Assembly (NCBI GenBank): GCA_039000685.1 | Contig: JAWBNW010000001.1 | Span: forward strand, 14,655 to 78,654 | Reading direction: 5' to 3' | DNA length: 64,000 nt | From: Candidatus Aenigmatarchaeota archaeon | GTDB taxonomy: Archaea > Aenigmatarchaeota > Aenigmatarchaeia > CG10238-14 > SCSR01 | In this document: piece after piece, positions 8,929 to 18,137 of the stretch | How the letters are laid out: every line of letters starts with the position of its first letter | Position numbering within the stretch: position 1 is the first letter of the stretch | Made by a program: the position numbers and the translations under genes | The notes under the pieces: generated by a model | Database searches by the model: none | What the model was told of the DNA's origin: nothing | The model's input: only the letters and a program-made list of their open reading frames with translations

Positions 8929-9812
8929 ACTTCCACACTCGGCCTCCTGCTCTTAACCATTCCTATGAGCATGACTTGAAAAACAACAACAACAAACAAA
9001 ATCAAAAAGAATATTGTCTCTGGAACTTGTATGCCAGCAAAAGTAGAGAAAATTATGAGAAAAGTTATTCCAAGAGTAGGTAGAATTACTGTCAACATCA
9101 AGTACATTAGAGCTAGTGGACTGAGTTGAGAGCCATACTTCCTTATCTTCACCTTCTGCTCTTCTGAAAGATTTTGGGCTATGATGTTAAGAGTATTCCC
9201 AACATCACCCCCCGCCCTCAAGCTGTTGACTATCTGCCAAATAACCCTCTTGAAACCAACATTCGGAACCCTAAAAGCAAGCTCTTCCAGAGCTTGTGTC
9301 TCCTCTTTTCCAGTTGCTATTTCTTTCACACATTTCTCAAATTCTTCCGAGACAGAACCATAATTTCCTTTCGAGACAGAAACCAAGGAATCAAAAATAG
9401 AAACTCCGGACTTGATTTGAATGAACAAATGTCTTATGGCAAACAAAAGATTTTTTTCCACATCTCTATCTTTCCTTGAAAGCAAGAGGCTTGGATAAAA
9501 GCTGATGTAATTGAAGACAACTACAGAGATCAAAAGAGAAAAGATGAATGAAAGCAAGGCGAGATTTTTCCCGGCTACCAACCCAAGAATCGTGAAAATT
9601 GAGAAAATCAAGAAAAACCAAAAGATAGAAGAGAATATTGCTATTGCTGAATATTCCCTGTCTTTCAAGTTTATTTCAGCTTGAATCAACTTCTGGGCAA
9701 GGAAAGGATTCAGCTTGACAAGTCTGCTCGATAGAAATAAAAAAGGTCTTGAAAGTTTCAAAACCTTTTGAACTGGAAATGGGACAAATGGTATTCTCTT
9801 CATCCAAACCAA
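8925..9812 (-). CDS. FlaJ/TadB-like pilus platform membrane protein (first half)
   Basis: GspF/TadB-like cytoplasmic domain ...LFAIRHLFIQIKSGVSIFDSL...ALEELAFRVPN...IVNSLRAGGDVGNTL, flanked by TM helices. Confidence 0.6.
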   Translation of the reverse strand: MVWMKRIPFVPFPVQKVLKLSRPFLFLSSRLVKLNPFLAQKLIQAEINLKDREYSAIAIFSSIFWFFLIFSIFTILGLVAGKNLALLSFIFSLLISVVVFNYISFYPSLLLSRKDRDVEKNLLFAIRHLFIQIKSGVSIFDSLVSVSKGNYGSVSEEFEKCVKEIATGKEETQALEELAFRVPNVGFKRVIWQIVNSLRAGGDVGNTLNIIAQNLSEEQKVKIRKYGSQLSPLALMYLMLTVILPTLGITFLIIFSTFAGIQVPETIFFLILFVVVVFQVMLIGMVKSRRPSVEV

Positions 9813-11311
9813 CTTTTTATCACTTTATCCACATTTTCTCTGTTTTCAACAGCTTTGACCAATTTCTCAGGTGAAGAATAATAAATTGCTATGAGCCTTC
9901 CAAGCTTGTTCAAATCTTTAACTTGATTTTCAACAAACCACTTCAATATCCCCACTTTTTCATCCATATTTTCTTTGATCTCCTGTTCAGTCATACCTGT
10001 GTGCATACCAATCTCTTCCACAATTCTCAAGCTATCATTCTCCCTCTCAATTTCATCTTTCACAGGCTTCCATCTGTACAAAGTGTTTAACTGTGGGCCT
10101 TGTTTCTCACTTCCTGGCAAAATTTCGCTCAGTTGGAACATCCTCCTTATCCCAAGCCTTCTATCCCTGAAAGCAACTGCAAGGAGATGTAAAGCTTCTA
10201 TCACACTTTCAGGCACGTTGATTGGCGGATTTATTAATCTTTTCAAGGCTTGTTCTGCTGTATCAGCATGCAAGGTAGCATAAACTGAATGGCCAGTGTG
10301 CATGGCTTCAAAAAGGACTTCTGCCTCTCTTGCTCTTCTTATCTCACCAACTATTATCCTGTCAGGTCTCATCCTCAAGCTGTTAACGAGCAAGCTGAGC
10401 ATGCTAACTTCTCCCAAACCTTCAGGATTTGGTTCCCTTGTTGTCAAAGGCACCCAATGCAGAAAATCAGCCAACTGTAATTCACGCGTGTCTTCAATAG
10501 AAACTACTCTTTGGTTTGGTGGAATGAAGCTCATGAAGACATTCAGCAAAGAAGTTTTTCCGCTTGCTGTACCACCAGCGACAATCATGTTCATCTCGTA
10601 CTGAATAGCAAGCCAAATTAAAGCAGCTACTTCATAATTCAAAGTTTTGTTTTCTATGAAATCTACTATCGTCCAAGGCGACCTTCTGAATTTTCTTATT
10701 GTTATTGTATTTCCATGAGTTGAAATGGGGAACAAAGTTGCATTAACTCTGTCTCCAGTCGGCAAGTGAGCATCCATGAGTGGGTTGAGAAGCGTGATTT
10801 GTCTGCCAACTTTTCTCCCTATATTATTGGCATAGTTCAATATCTCGCTTTCTTGCTCGATTTGTACATTGGTCTTGAGCCAACCATGCTTCTTGTGATA
10901 AACCCAAACCGGTTCTTTAGAGCTGTTGATGACGACTTCTTCCAGGTTTGGGTCTGCAAGCAAGAACTCAATCTTTCCCAATCCAAACATCTCTTGCATC
11001 AAAATCCCGATCAAATACTTTTGAGTACTCTCATTCACGAAAGGCATCTCTTTCTTGAAAATTTCCATCCCCTTTTCAAAGAATTTTCTCTTCAAATTTT
11101 CTATTGAAGTTACATCCATGAGTTCAGTTGGCTTGATTGGAATTTCGGTCAAGAGCATTGTCCTGATTTTTTCCAGAAGGACAGAAGTACCTGCAGCTAT
11201 TTCTGGAAGTTTGAGCTCATAGATGAGAACAAAATCAGAAGTTTTTTTTATTGAGACGGAAGCTTCTATGCCTTCAGAACTAACTTTATAGCTTTCAGAC
11301 TTTTCATTCAT
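9800..11311 (-). CDS. FlaI/PilB/VirB11-family secretion ATPase (archaeal pilus assembly ATPase)
   Basis: Walker A MIVAGGTASGKTSLLN. Asp box and Walker B ...RVVSIEDTRELQL. His box AMHTGHSVYATLHAD. About 500 aa. Confidence 0.8.
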   Translation of the reverse strand: MNEKSESYKVSSEGIEASVSIKKTSDFVLIYELKLPEIAAGTSVLLEKIRTMLLTEIPIKPTELMDVTSIENLKRKFFEKGMEIFKKEMPFVNESTQKYLIGILMQEMFGLGKIEFLLADPNLEEVVINSSKEPVWVYHKKHGWLKTNVQIEQESEILNYANNIGRKVGRQITLLNPLMDAHLPTGDRVNATLFPISTHGNTITIRKFRRSPWTIVDFIENKTLNYEVAALIWLAIQYEMNMIVAGGTASGKTSLLNVFMSFIPPNQRVVSIEDTRELQLADFLHWVPLTTREPNPEGLGEVSMLSLLVNSLRMRPDRIIVGEIRRAREAEVLFEAMHTGHSVYATLHADTAEQALKRLINPPINVPESVIEALHLLAVAFRDRRLGIRRMFQLSEILPGSEKQGPQLNTLYRWKPVKDEIERENDSLRIVEEIGMHTGMTEQEIKENMDEKVGILKWFVENQVKDLNKLGRLIAIYYSSPEKLVKAVENRENVDKVIKSWFG

Positions 11312-11339
11312 AAAATAAATTTTCTCTTTCGTATAAATA

Positions 11340-12113
11340 TCATTCTTGTTTTTTCATTTTCACAACAGGGCTTCCGATAGCAGGATAATTTATTTCAACT
11401 ATGCCATGCTCTTCAAGAATTTTTGCCCAATTTTCAACCAAATTCTCTGGAGTGTTCAAAAGTTTGGAAAGTTTTTGGAGTTCAACCGGACCTTCTTCCA
11501 AGATTTTCAACATTTCATCAATTTTTGTTGAGACAGTTTCCTTTATCTCTTGCTTTGGAGCCCATTTCAGCAAATCGGTTCTTGTTATTATTCCAACAAG
11601 CCTACCTTTTTTATCAAGGACAAGAAGCCTTTTGATGTTGTATTTTTCCATTTTCTTTTTTGCTTCTTCCACACTTTTATCTTCACCGATGCAAATCGGT
11701 TTTTTCATGATGTCAGCAACTATCGTGTTTTTGAGAACCTCTTTATCCTTTTCTTCTATTTCTTCCAAATTATTCTTCTTAACAATCTTCAAGATGTCAG
11801 TCTTGCTTATCTCACCTATGAAAAATCCTTTATCGAGAACAGGAGCACCAGAAATTTTTTTATTTTGGAAAATTTCGGCGACTTTATTCAAGCCCATATG
11901 GGGGTCGACAGAGATTATGTTTTTCGTCATCAACTCTGAAACCAAAATCTTTTTCTTCTCAGGCTTCACCTTTCTTTTAATTTTCACCATTCTTTTAATC
12001 TTTTTTGTTCTCTTTTTCACCTTCTTCTCAACTTTTATTTTTTTGGTCTTTATTTTTCTCTTGAAAAAACTGAAGAGCCAGTCTAGCACCATAATTATTA
12101 TCTGAAAAATCAA
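11340..12113 (-). CDS. Membrane-anchored CBS-pair domain protein with a poly-lysine linker and a C-terminal wHTH-like tail
   Basis: N-terminal TM. Linker KRKIKTKKIKVEKKVKKRTKKIKRMVKIKRKVKPEKKK. Two CBS motifs (LMTKNIISV...GAPVLD; IMKKPICIG...LLVLDKKGRLVGIITRTDLL). Helical C-terminus. Confidence 0.55.
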   Translation of the reverse strand: MIFQIIIMVLDWLFSFFKRKIKTKKIKVEKKVKKRTKKIKRMVKIKRKVKPEKKKILVSELMTKNIISVDPHMGLNKVAEIFQNKKISGAPVLDKGFFIGEISKTDILKIVKKNNLEEIEEKDKEVLKNTIVADIMKKPICIGEDKSVEEAKKKMEKYNIKRLLVLDKKGRLVGIITRTDLLKWAPKQEIKETVSTKIDEMLKILEEGPVELQKLSKLLNTPENLVENWAKILEEHGIVEINYPAIGSPVVKMKKQE

Positions 12114-12126
12114 ACATAAATTTTCA

Positions 12127-13653
12127 TCATTTGAAAGCTTCCAGATCTTCAGATTTTCTCTTCTCCTTTTCCATAAAAATGGCGATCTCTTCTTCCAGTT
12201 TTTTACCCTTTTCTGATTTCTTGCTTCTTCTTTCTCTAACTTTCACAAGCAGAGGATAGTTCACAGCCTCACCAACGATCAAAGCCTCACCGACTTTCAA
12301 TCCCGGCAACATATCCAAAACATCTTTTGTCACACCTTCCGAGCTTTCTCCTATGTGCTTGATGTCGTAAGGATTGTTTATCCTCATGATTATATGAGTG
12401 TTGCACTGGCTTAGGGCTGTCGTTGCAAGCCTTATCGGTCTTTGGGTTATCAAGACCAAGCAAGCTCCAAATTTTCTTCCCTCTCTTGCTATCTGTTCTA
12501 TGACATTCCTTGAAATTGCAGAAGCAGCTTCTTCTCCCTCTGGACAGAATTGATGGCTTTCTTCAACAAAAAGAATGAAAGGCGGAATTCTTCCTTGCCT
12601 CCTCAAATCAAAAAGCTTTCTTGCAAAATAAGTCAATATGATTTGTCTTTCTTTCAGATGAACAAAATCAGAGAGATCGAAAACTGTAAGCTGGCCAAGT
12701 TTTGCAACTTCTTCTAAAGAAGGAGAATCTATCTTACTGAACAATCCGGTTGAAGCCAGGTCAGAAAGCCAAGAGCCCAAAGCAGCTTTTGTTTTCGGGT
12801 TTATTTCACTTTCCCCCACAGCTTCAATCAACTCATCAAGATCATAAACCTTCTTCTCTTCTTGTAATTTTTTGATTATTGGTGAAAGCTCCCTTCTCTG
12901 AACAGAGGACATTTGTGGTATAAGTTCGTTCATCACGCTTGCTGAGATCTTGCTTGTGGCTATAAAGATTTTATCTTTTCCATAAACTTTTGTTTTGGTT
13001 ATATATTTTTCATCTTCCGAAAAGCCAACGTATTCGCCATGTGGATCAAAAACTATTATCGCAGGTCTTGCCTTGTCTTTTCTGTCAAGAATTTCTTCTA
13101 TTAAAACAGAAGCCAAATAGCTTTTGCCAGCACCACTTATTGCGAGAATTGCCAAATGTTTTTGGAAGAGCTTCGTCAAATTCAATTTCACATCAAGTTC
13201 ATGTGCTTCCATTCTTCCAATAGTCAAACCATTTTCGTCTAGTCCCAAAAACTCGGAAAGCAATTTTTCATCAGCCCTGTAAACCTTTTCTCCAGGTGAA
13301 GGAGGGAAAGAGACCCTAAGCTGCTTACCATTTTCAAGAATCCCCAAAGGTACAGCCGAAGCCACAAGAAATTCCCATCTGTCTGCTGGAAAAATTTCTT
13401 TCAACTCCCTCCCACTTCTCTCGTATTCTCTCACAGATTCAGCTCTCATGAAGTATCTGTTCATCCTGAAAATTTCAGCAACCCTTGCTATCAGTAAGCC
13501 TTGTTCTGTCTTTAGCTGGACATACTCATTCTTCTTCACAGGAATTTTTTCTTCACCTTCATTTATTACAAAAGAAAATTCACTGCTGCTTGGATCTTGC
13601 ATGGTTGAGATCACAGTTCCAATTTCTTTCATAGATTTTAAATTGATTGCCAA
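12127..13653 (-). CDS. herA: HerA-type hexameric helicase/translocase (FtsK-HerA superfamily)
   Basis: N-terminal HAS-barrel-like region. IGRMEAHELDVKLNLTKLFQKHLAILAISGAGKSY...IIVFDPHGEY closely matches the canonical HerA Walker A neighbourhood. Walker B ILFVEESHQF. Its stop is 13 nt from the CBS gene start. Confidence 0.8.
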   Translation of the reverse strand: MAINLKSMKEIGTVISTMQDPSSSEFSFVINEGEEKIPVKKNEYVQLKTEQGLLIARVAEIFRMNRYFMRAESVREYERSGRELKEIFPADRWEFLVASAVPLGILENGKQLRVSFPPSPGEKVYRADEKLLSEFLGLDENGLTIGRMEAHELDVKLNLTKLFQKHLAILAISGAGKSYLASVLIEEILDRKDKARPAIIVFDPHGEYVGFSEDEKYITKTKVYGKDKIFIATSKISASVMNELIPQMSSVQRRELSPIIKKLQEEKKVYDLDELIEAVGESEINPKTKAALGSWLSDLASTGLFSKIDSPSLEEVAKLGQLTVFDLSDFVHLKERQIILTYFARKLFDLRRQGRIPPFILFVEESHQFCPEGEEAASAISRNVIEQIAREGRKFGACLVLITQRPIRLATTALSQCNTHIIMRINNPYDIKHIGESSEGVTKDVLDMLPGLKVGEALIVGEAVNYPLLVKVRERRSKKSEKGKKLEEEIAIFMEKEKRKSEDLEAFK

Positions 13654-13843
13654 GAATATAAAAACTTAGAACTCACAAAGTGAATAATCATTTTTTAATT
13701 CTAAGGGCGGCAATTTTCCACACTCTTCTTTTAGGTTTTTTCCAAAATTAGACCATGTTTTCTACAAGTTTCAAAACATTAAACCCATTGCTCCGTTCAA
13801 TTTAAAAACCAGTATATTTTTTTCTTCTCCCATAGATAAAAAT

Positions 13844-14596
13844 ATGGCAATAAAGTTTATAACCAATCAACCAGCAGCTTTCATACAAGAAGAAAAGGCT
13901 TTGGTTATTGCAGAGCTTCATTTGGGCTTGGAGCACGATCTCTTCAAGAAAGGAATTACAATTCCACCACAAAGAGAGAAATTCCAAGAAAGATTGAATG
14001 AACTCTCCAAGATCACAAGAGCAAAAACTCTCATAATCTTGGGTGACATAAAACACAAAGTCCCTGGGATGAGCATAAGAGAGGAGAGAGAGCTCCCCAA
14101 ATTTTTGGATTGGTTGAAAGAAAATTTCAAAGTCATCCTTGTCAAAGGAAATCATGACGATGGAATTGAAGAGATAGTGCCAAAAGGAATTAAAGTTTAT
14201 GGGAGCAGGGGATTCAAGCTTGGAAAATGTGGCTTCTTTCACGGTCATGCTTGGCCTTCCAAAAGGCTCTTAGAATGTGACCATCTTTTCTTGGCCCATT
14301 TACATCCAGCCATAGAGTTCAAAGATAAGTTTGGTTTTAGAAACATAGAACAAGTTTGGGTCAAGGGAAAAATTGATCTCAAGAAAGCAAGAGAAAAATA
14401 CAAAGTGAAAAAAACAGGCAAGATGAATGTCATAATCATGCCAACTTTCAATCAACTACTCGGAAGCATAAGCATTCGCAAGCTATTGAAAAGTGAAGAA
14501 CCAGGAATAATAGGTAAGCTAATCGATACAGAAAATTCTAAAATTTATCTTTTGGATGGAAGTTTTCTTGGTTATTTGAAAGACTTAAAGGCTTAG
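13844..14596 (+). CDS. Calcineurin-like metallophosphoesterase, archaeal SbcD/Mre11-related short form
   Basis: Phosphoesterase motifs AELHLGLEH, GDIKH, GNHD, GHAWP, AHLH. Only 250 aa, shorter than a bona fide Mre11. Confidence 0.55.
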   Translation: MAIKFITNQPAAFIQEEKALVIAELHLGLEHDLFKKGITIPPQREKFQERLNELSKITRAKTLIILGDIKHKVPGMSIREERELPKFLDWLKENFKVILVKGNHDDGIEEIVPKGIKVYGSRGFKLGKCGFFHGHAWPSKRLLECDHLFLAHLHPAIEFKDKFGFRNIEQVWVKGKIDLKKAREKYKVKKTGKMNVIIMPTFNQLLGSISIRKLLKSEEPGIIGKLIDTENSKIYLLDGSFLGYLKDLKA

Positions 14597-15489
14597 CCCT
14601 TTCTTCTGATTTCAGCTTCTACTCTCTCCCTTATCCTTGCTTGTATCGCTTCTGTGATGTTGTCTAACTCTTCACCGAATCTTTCTCTCCACTCCGTCCT
14701 GTTTCTAATCTGCCACTTTGCACCACAAATACAAAAACCACTTAGGCAAATTGGTGTGTCATTTCCCAAGACCATCGGACAAATCAAGCCCCTGCACTCA
14801 GCGTCGTCACTGCAATTCATCCTCGTCCTGTTCCATGTCGGTAAACACATGCAAATTCCTGTTGTCCTGTTTGGTGGGATGAAACACCTCAACTCTCTAT
14901 CCAGCCTCAAAGGACACCAAACATTTAAGCCTGTGCAGTCTTCATCGCTAGTACAGCTTCTTCTACTCAAAGTTTCATTTGTTCTGTTCAAAAGCTCTTC
15001 TACCCTTTCCAAGCACTTCTCATGTCCTCTGATAGAAGCGTTTATCGCCCTTTCCAAGCCAAGCCTTGCTGCTTCCGGCGCTTTGCTTAAGACTCTTTCA
15101 AGAACTGCTATGTGCTTGTAGGTTACATTGCAAACATGCTCAAGTAAGACAGTCGCATTTCTTCCAAGACCAAATGTTCTGTTTGTTTCATCGTCAACCT
15201 CTCCCAACTCTCTTTCATATTCATATCTCAATCTCTCGGCATACTGCCACTTACCTTGTGCTAGAGTGGCATTGAGCTCTGCCAGCCTCTGCTCAGCAAG
15301 GAATGCATGAAATCTTGCTCTTGCTTCTGGGTCAAAAGTCAGCCAAAGTCTTACTCTTTCAAAAAAAGTTTTGACTGGATAGAAAGGATGGTCTGGAAGA
15401 ATTCCGGGGTTTGGCAATTCTTCTGCTGTGACCGTGTTGATTAACAAAAGAGTCGAAATTGCTATTGTAATTAAAATCTTGTTTTCCAA
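14593..15489 (-). CDS. Secreted Cys-rich protein, R/A/E-rich and GC-enriched, with many sequons; the N-terminal motif resembles DUF5667-like proteins
   Basis: Signal peptide MENKILITIAISTLLLINTVTA. PDHPFYPVKTFFERVR motif. About 13 N-x-S/T sequons. C-terminal Cys cluster. Codon usage differs sharply from its neighbours. Confidence 0.5.
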   Translation of the reverse strand: MENKILITIAISTLLLINTVTAEELPNPGILPDHPFYPVKTFFERVRLWLTFDPEARARFHAFLAEQRLAELNATLAQGKWQYAERLRYEYERELGEVDDETNRTFGLGRNATVLLEHVCNVTYKHIAVLERVLSKAPEAARLGLERAINASIRGHEKCLERVEELLNRTNETLSRRSCTSDEDCTGLNVWCPLRLDRELRCFIPPNRTTGICMCLPTWNRTRMNCSDDAECRGLICPMVLGNDTPICLSGFCICGAKWQIRNRTEWRERFGEELDNITEAIQARIRERVEAEIRRKG

Positions 15490-15526
15490 ATTTTCTCACC
15501 TTGGAATAATATTTATTTTCTTCAAT

Positions 15527-17239
15527 TTAAAAGTTTATCAATTCTCTTTCATCCTCATTCAATTTTTCCCACACTTCTTTCAAAATCTTCATATCTTCTT
15601 CACTTATCACCGAAATCAGAACATCGCCTTCATCTATATGTCTTCCAATTGTTGGCTCTTCCATGCTAACGGCAACTTTATCACCTTTCTTAGCTTCTTG
15701 TATGGTTTGGCCTTCCTTCTGAATCTCTTTTATCTTACCGACAATCTTGCCATCCTTCCTCTTCATTAAAGTCCCAGGTTTCAAAAAGCCTCTTTTGACC
15801 TCAATGCCAAAAATAGCAGGGTTGCAACTTCTGAAAACACATCCCTTCAGTATTAAAATCTCACACGGCCTTGTAACCTTGGCAAGCTTTTCTTCAATTT
15901 CTCTCTCCTTAGCCTTGAAGACCCATTCTTTGTAATCTTCAATAATCCTATAGATTATATTGTTCTGGAAAATCTCTATTTTTAAGTCTCTGGCTAAATT
16001 CTTTGCTTCTTCCAGAGCCTCAACATTGAAAGCCAATATAACTTTTCTCAGTTTATCATCCACACTCTCAGCTTCTATAACATCTTGTTTGGTGATGTGA
16101 CCAACCTCGGCTTTTCTTATCGGAATTCCCTCTTCGCTCAAAAGCTTTATCATGGCTTCCAAGCTACCCAGAGTGTCAGCTTTTATCACCACACCATCTA
16201 TCTGCTTTACAAACTGAACTTCCCCAACTTCAGTTTGCACACTTATTTTCGCCCCTTCTATTCCTTTTTCATCTTTCACCACAACTATCGGCGAGCCGGC
16301 TATCACATTTTCTAAGTTGGGAGCGGCAATTTTAATTCCAGCAGCAGCACCAACCTCTTCCACGCTTTCGAACTGCTTCTCGACTCTAAGCTCTTGCAAA
16401 GGTCTGGGTCTGAGCAAAGCCCTTATTTTTGTGATCACAGGCTCTTTCCCACCAATTACAAGGTAGTCCCCCCTTGCAATTTTTCCATCGTAAAGTATCA
16501 CATCAACAGTAGTTCCAAAACCTACCGTTTCCTTAACTTCCAGAACAGTACCCTTAGCAACTTCAGATAGCTCAAGTCTATCCTTTAAGAACTGTTGTGA
16601 AAGACCTGTTAAAACGACCAAAAGCTCTGGTATTCCCTCTCCAGTCACACCTGAGCAAGGAACTATTGCAACTTGTTTTCTGAAATCTTCAATTCTGTCA
16701 AACCTTTCAGAATTGAAACCCCTTTCAGCCAATTGTGAAACAAGCTTGTAAACATTTTTCTCAACCTCATCTTTCACATCTTCTGCTTGCATTTTAAAAC
16801 TTTCCAAAAAACAAGAATTTGGATAAGGATACCAGCCAGGAATTTTATCAATTTTCGTGGCAGCAACAACAAAAGGAGTTTTGAATTCTTTCAATATAGC
16901 TAGGCTTTCATCTGTTTGTTCTTGAAACCCTTCTATTATGTCAACAACTAGAATAGCAAGATCAGAAACAGCCCCTCCCCTTCTTCTCAAGGTTATAAAA
17001 GCAGCATGGCCTGGGGTATCAAGCAAGAGCAAGCCAGGAATCCGAACTTCTATCTTTAGATTTTGAATTAAAGCCCCACATATTTTCTTGATTGTTTCTA
17101 TTGGTATGTAGCTGGCACCAACGTGCTGGCTTATCATCCCTGGTTCAAGTTTAGTGACAGCAGTACCTCTGATTTTATCTAGCAAAGTGGTCTTGCCATG
17201 GTCTATGTTTTTGGTTGATCCTACAATATACAGGATCAA
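15527..17239 (-). CDS. infB: Translation initiation factor aIF5B (IF2-like GTPase)
   Basis: G1 NIDHGKTTLLD. G3 LLLDTPGHAAF. Beta-barrel domains. About 570 aa. Confidence 0.8.
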   Translation of the reverse strand: MILYIVGSTKNIDHGKTTLLDKIRGTAVTKLEPGMISQHVGASYIPIETIKKICGALIQNLKIEVRIPGLLLLDTPGHAAFITLRRRGGAVSDLAILVVDIIEGFQEQTDESLAILKEFKTPFVVAATKIDKIPGWYPYPNSCFLESFKMQAEDVKDEVEKNVYKLVSQLAERGFNSERFDRIEDFRKQVAIVPCSGVTGEGIPELLVVLTGLSQQFLKDRLELSEVAKGTVLEVKETVGFGTTVDVILYDGKIARGDYLVIGGKEPVITKIRALLRPRPLQELRVEKQFESVEEVGAAAGIKIAAPNLENVIAGSPIVVVKDEKGIEGAKISVQTEVGEVQFVKQIDGVVIKADTLGSLEAMIKLLSEEGIPIRKAEVGHITKQDVIEAESVDDKLRKVILAFNVEALEEAKNLARDLKIEIFQNNIIYRIIEDYKEWVFKAKEREIEEKLAKVTRPCEILILKGCVFRSCNPAIFGIEVKRGFLKPGTLMKRKDGKIVGKIKEIQKEGQTIQEAKKGDKVAVSMEEPTIGRHIDEGDVLISVISEEDMKILKEVWEKLNEDERELINF

Positions 17240-17529
17240 AGTCCAACAGTAACTATTATTGGTGATCTAATTGTCATTTGTCACACCTTTTAACACCTCT
17301 AGTTCTTTTTTCAGTTAATTCATAAATAAATCTATTAGATTTATTCACTAAATAGCCTCTTACATAATTTTCCTTTTTAAGTTTTGAAAGATAAAACGCT
17401 GCTTGAGATTTATTGCCTTTAGAAATTATACTTTAGCTTGAAATTGCATTAATTGTATCACGGTAAAACTTAAAAGAAAAAACAATTTATCTTAATCAAT
17501 TTTTAAATACATTTAAATAATAGATAACT

Positions 17530-17961
17530 ATGGCTTTAACCATTAACGATTTGATGCCGATAAGCTTGTGTATAGCAACTCAAGAACTTTTAGATGCTAA
17601 GCGCTTCAGGAACAATTTTTGTGATTTTGTCCTCTTCAAGTACAAAGACTTAAAGTTTACTGGAAAAATAATTGAAACTAAAAGACAACTCAACTCTTCC
17701 TCCCTAGAGAAGAATTTCTTTGAAGGACACAAAACAGCAATTCTCAGCAACATCGACAAGATAATCTCGCTCGTGATTTCAAGATACGCAAGCTTGGATG
17801 CAAGAGCTGTTGAAAGAATTGTGGAAAGTGCTAAAGAGATAATGGGCAAAATTCTTGCCGCAGAAAATTTTGATCAGCTTGCTTCTCTAGAACCAGATTT
17901 CAGGAGCAAGGTAACACTAAAAGTATACGAGCTTTTCACGATTTCTTCAAGGCCAAGGTAA
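17530..17961 (+). CDS. Hypothetical protein
   Basis: ORF only; preceded by a 290-bp AT-rich intergenic region. Confidence 0.3.
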   Translation: MALTINDLMPISLCIATQELLDAKRFRNNFCDFVLFKYKDLKFTGKIIETKRQLNSSSLEKNFFEGHKTAILSNIDKIISLVISRYASLDARAVERIVESAKEIMGKILAAENFDQLASLEPDFRSKVTLKVYELFTISSRPR

Positions 17962-17965
17962 TAAA

Positions 17966-18136
17966 ATGATCGGAGATTTCGATGGAGAAATAGAGAGACT
18001 AAAGGCTAAGAGAGCAGAAATAAGTAGCAAGATAGCTTCAACTAGAAATTTTGAAACAAAAGAAAAATTGAAAGAAGAGCTTGCAAGAATTGAATCACAA
18101 ATAAAGATATTGGAAAACATGAAGAGAAAATTGTAA
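17966..18136 (+). CDS. Small coiled-coil protein (56 aa), not in the ORF track
   Basis: ATG at 17966. MIGDFDGEIERLKAKRAEISSKIASTRNFETKEKLKEELARIESQIKILENMKRKL, stop at 18134-36. Confidence 0.2.
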   Translation: MIGDFDGEIERLKAKRAEISSKIASTRNFETKEKLKEELARIESQIKILENMKRKL

Positions 18137-18137
18137 A

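Noticed and set aside
9975-10604. Three plus-strand ORFs (102, 63 and 102 aa) inside the FlaI-like ATPase gene
   Set aside because: They are fully nested antisense to a well-supported conserved ATPase gene, with no recognisable motifs. They look like shadow ORFs.
11346-12105. Plus-strand ORFs (61-234 aa) opposite the CBS-domain gene
   Set aside because: Antisense shadow ORFs with low-complexity F/S/I-rich translations.
17240-17529. 290-bp AT-rich intergenic region as a possible ncRNA or origin
   Set aside because: It contains only promoter-like A/T tracts between divergent genes. There are no ORB-like repeats and no conserved structure that I can support.
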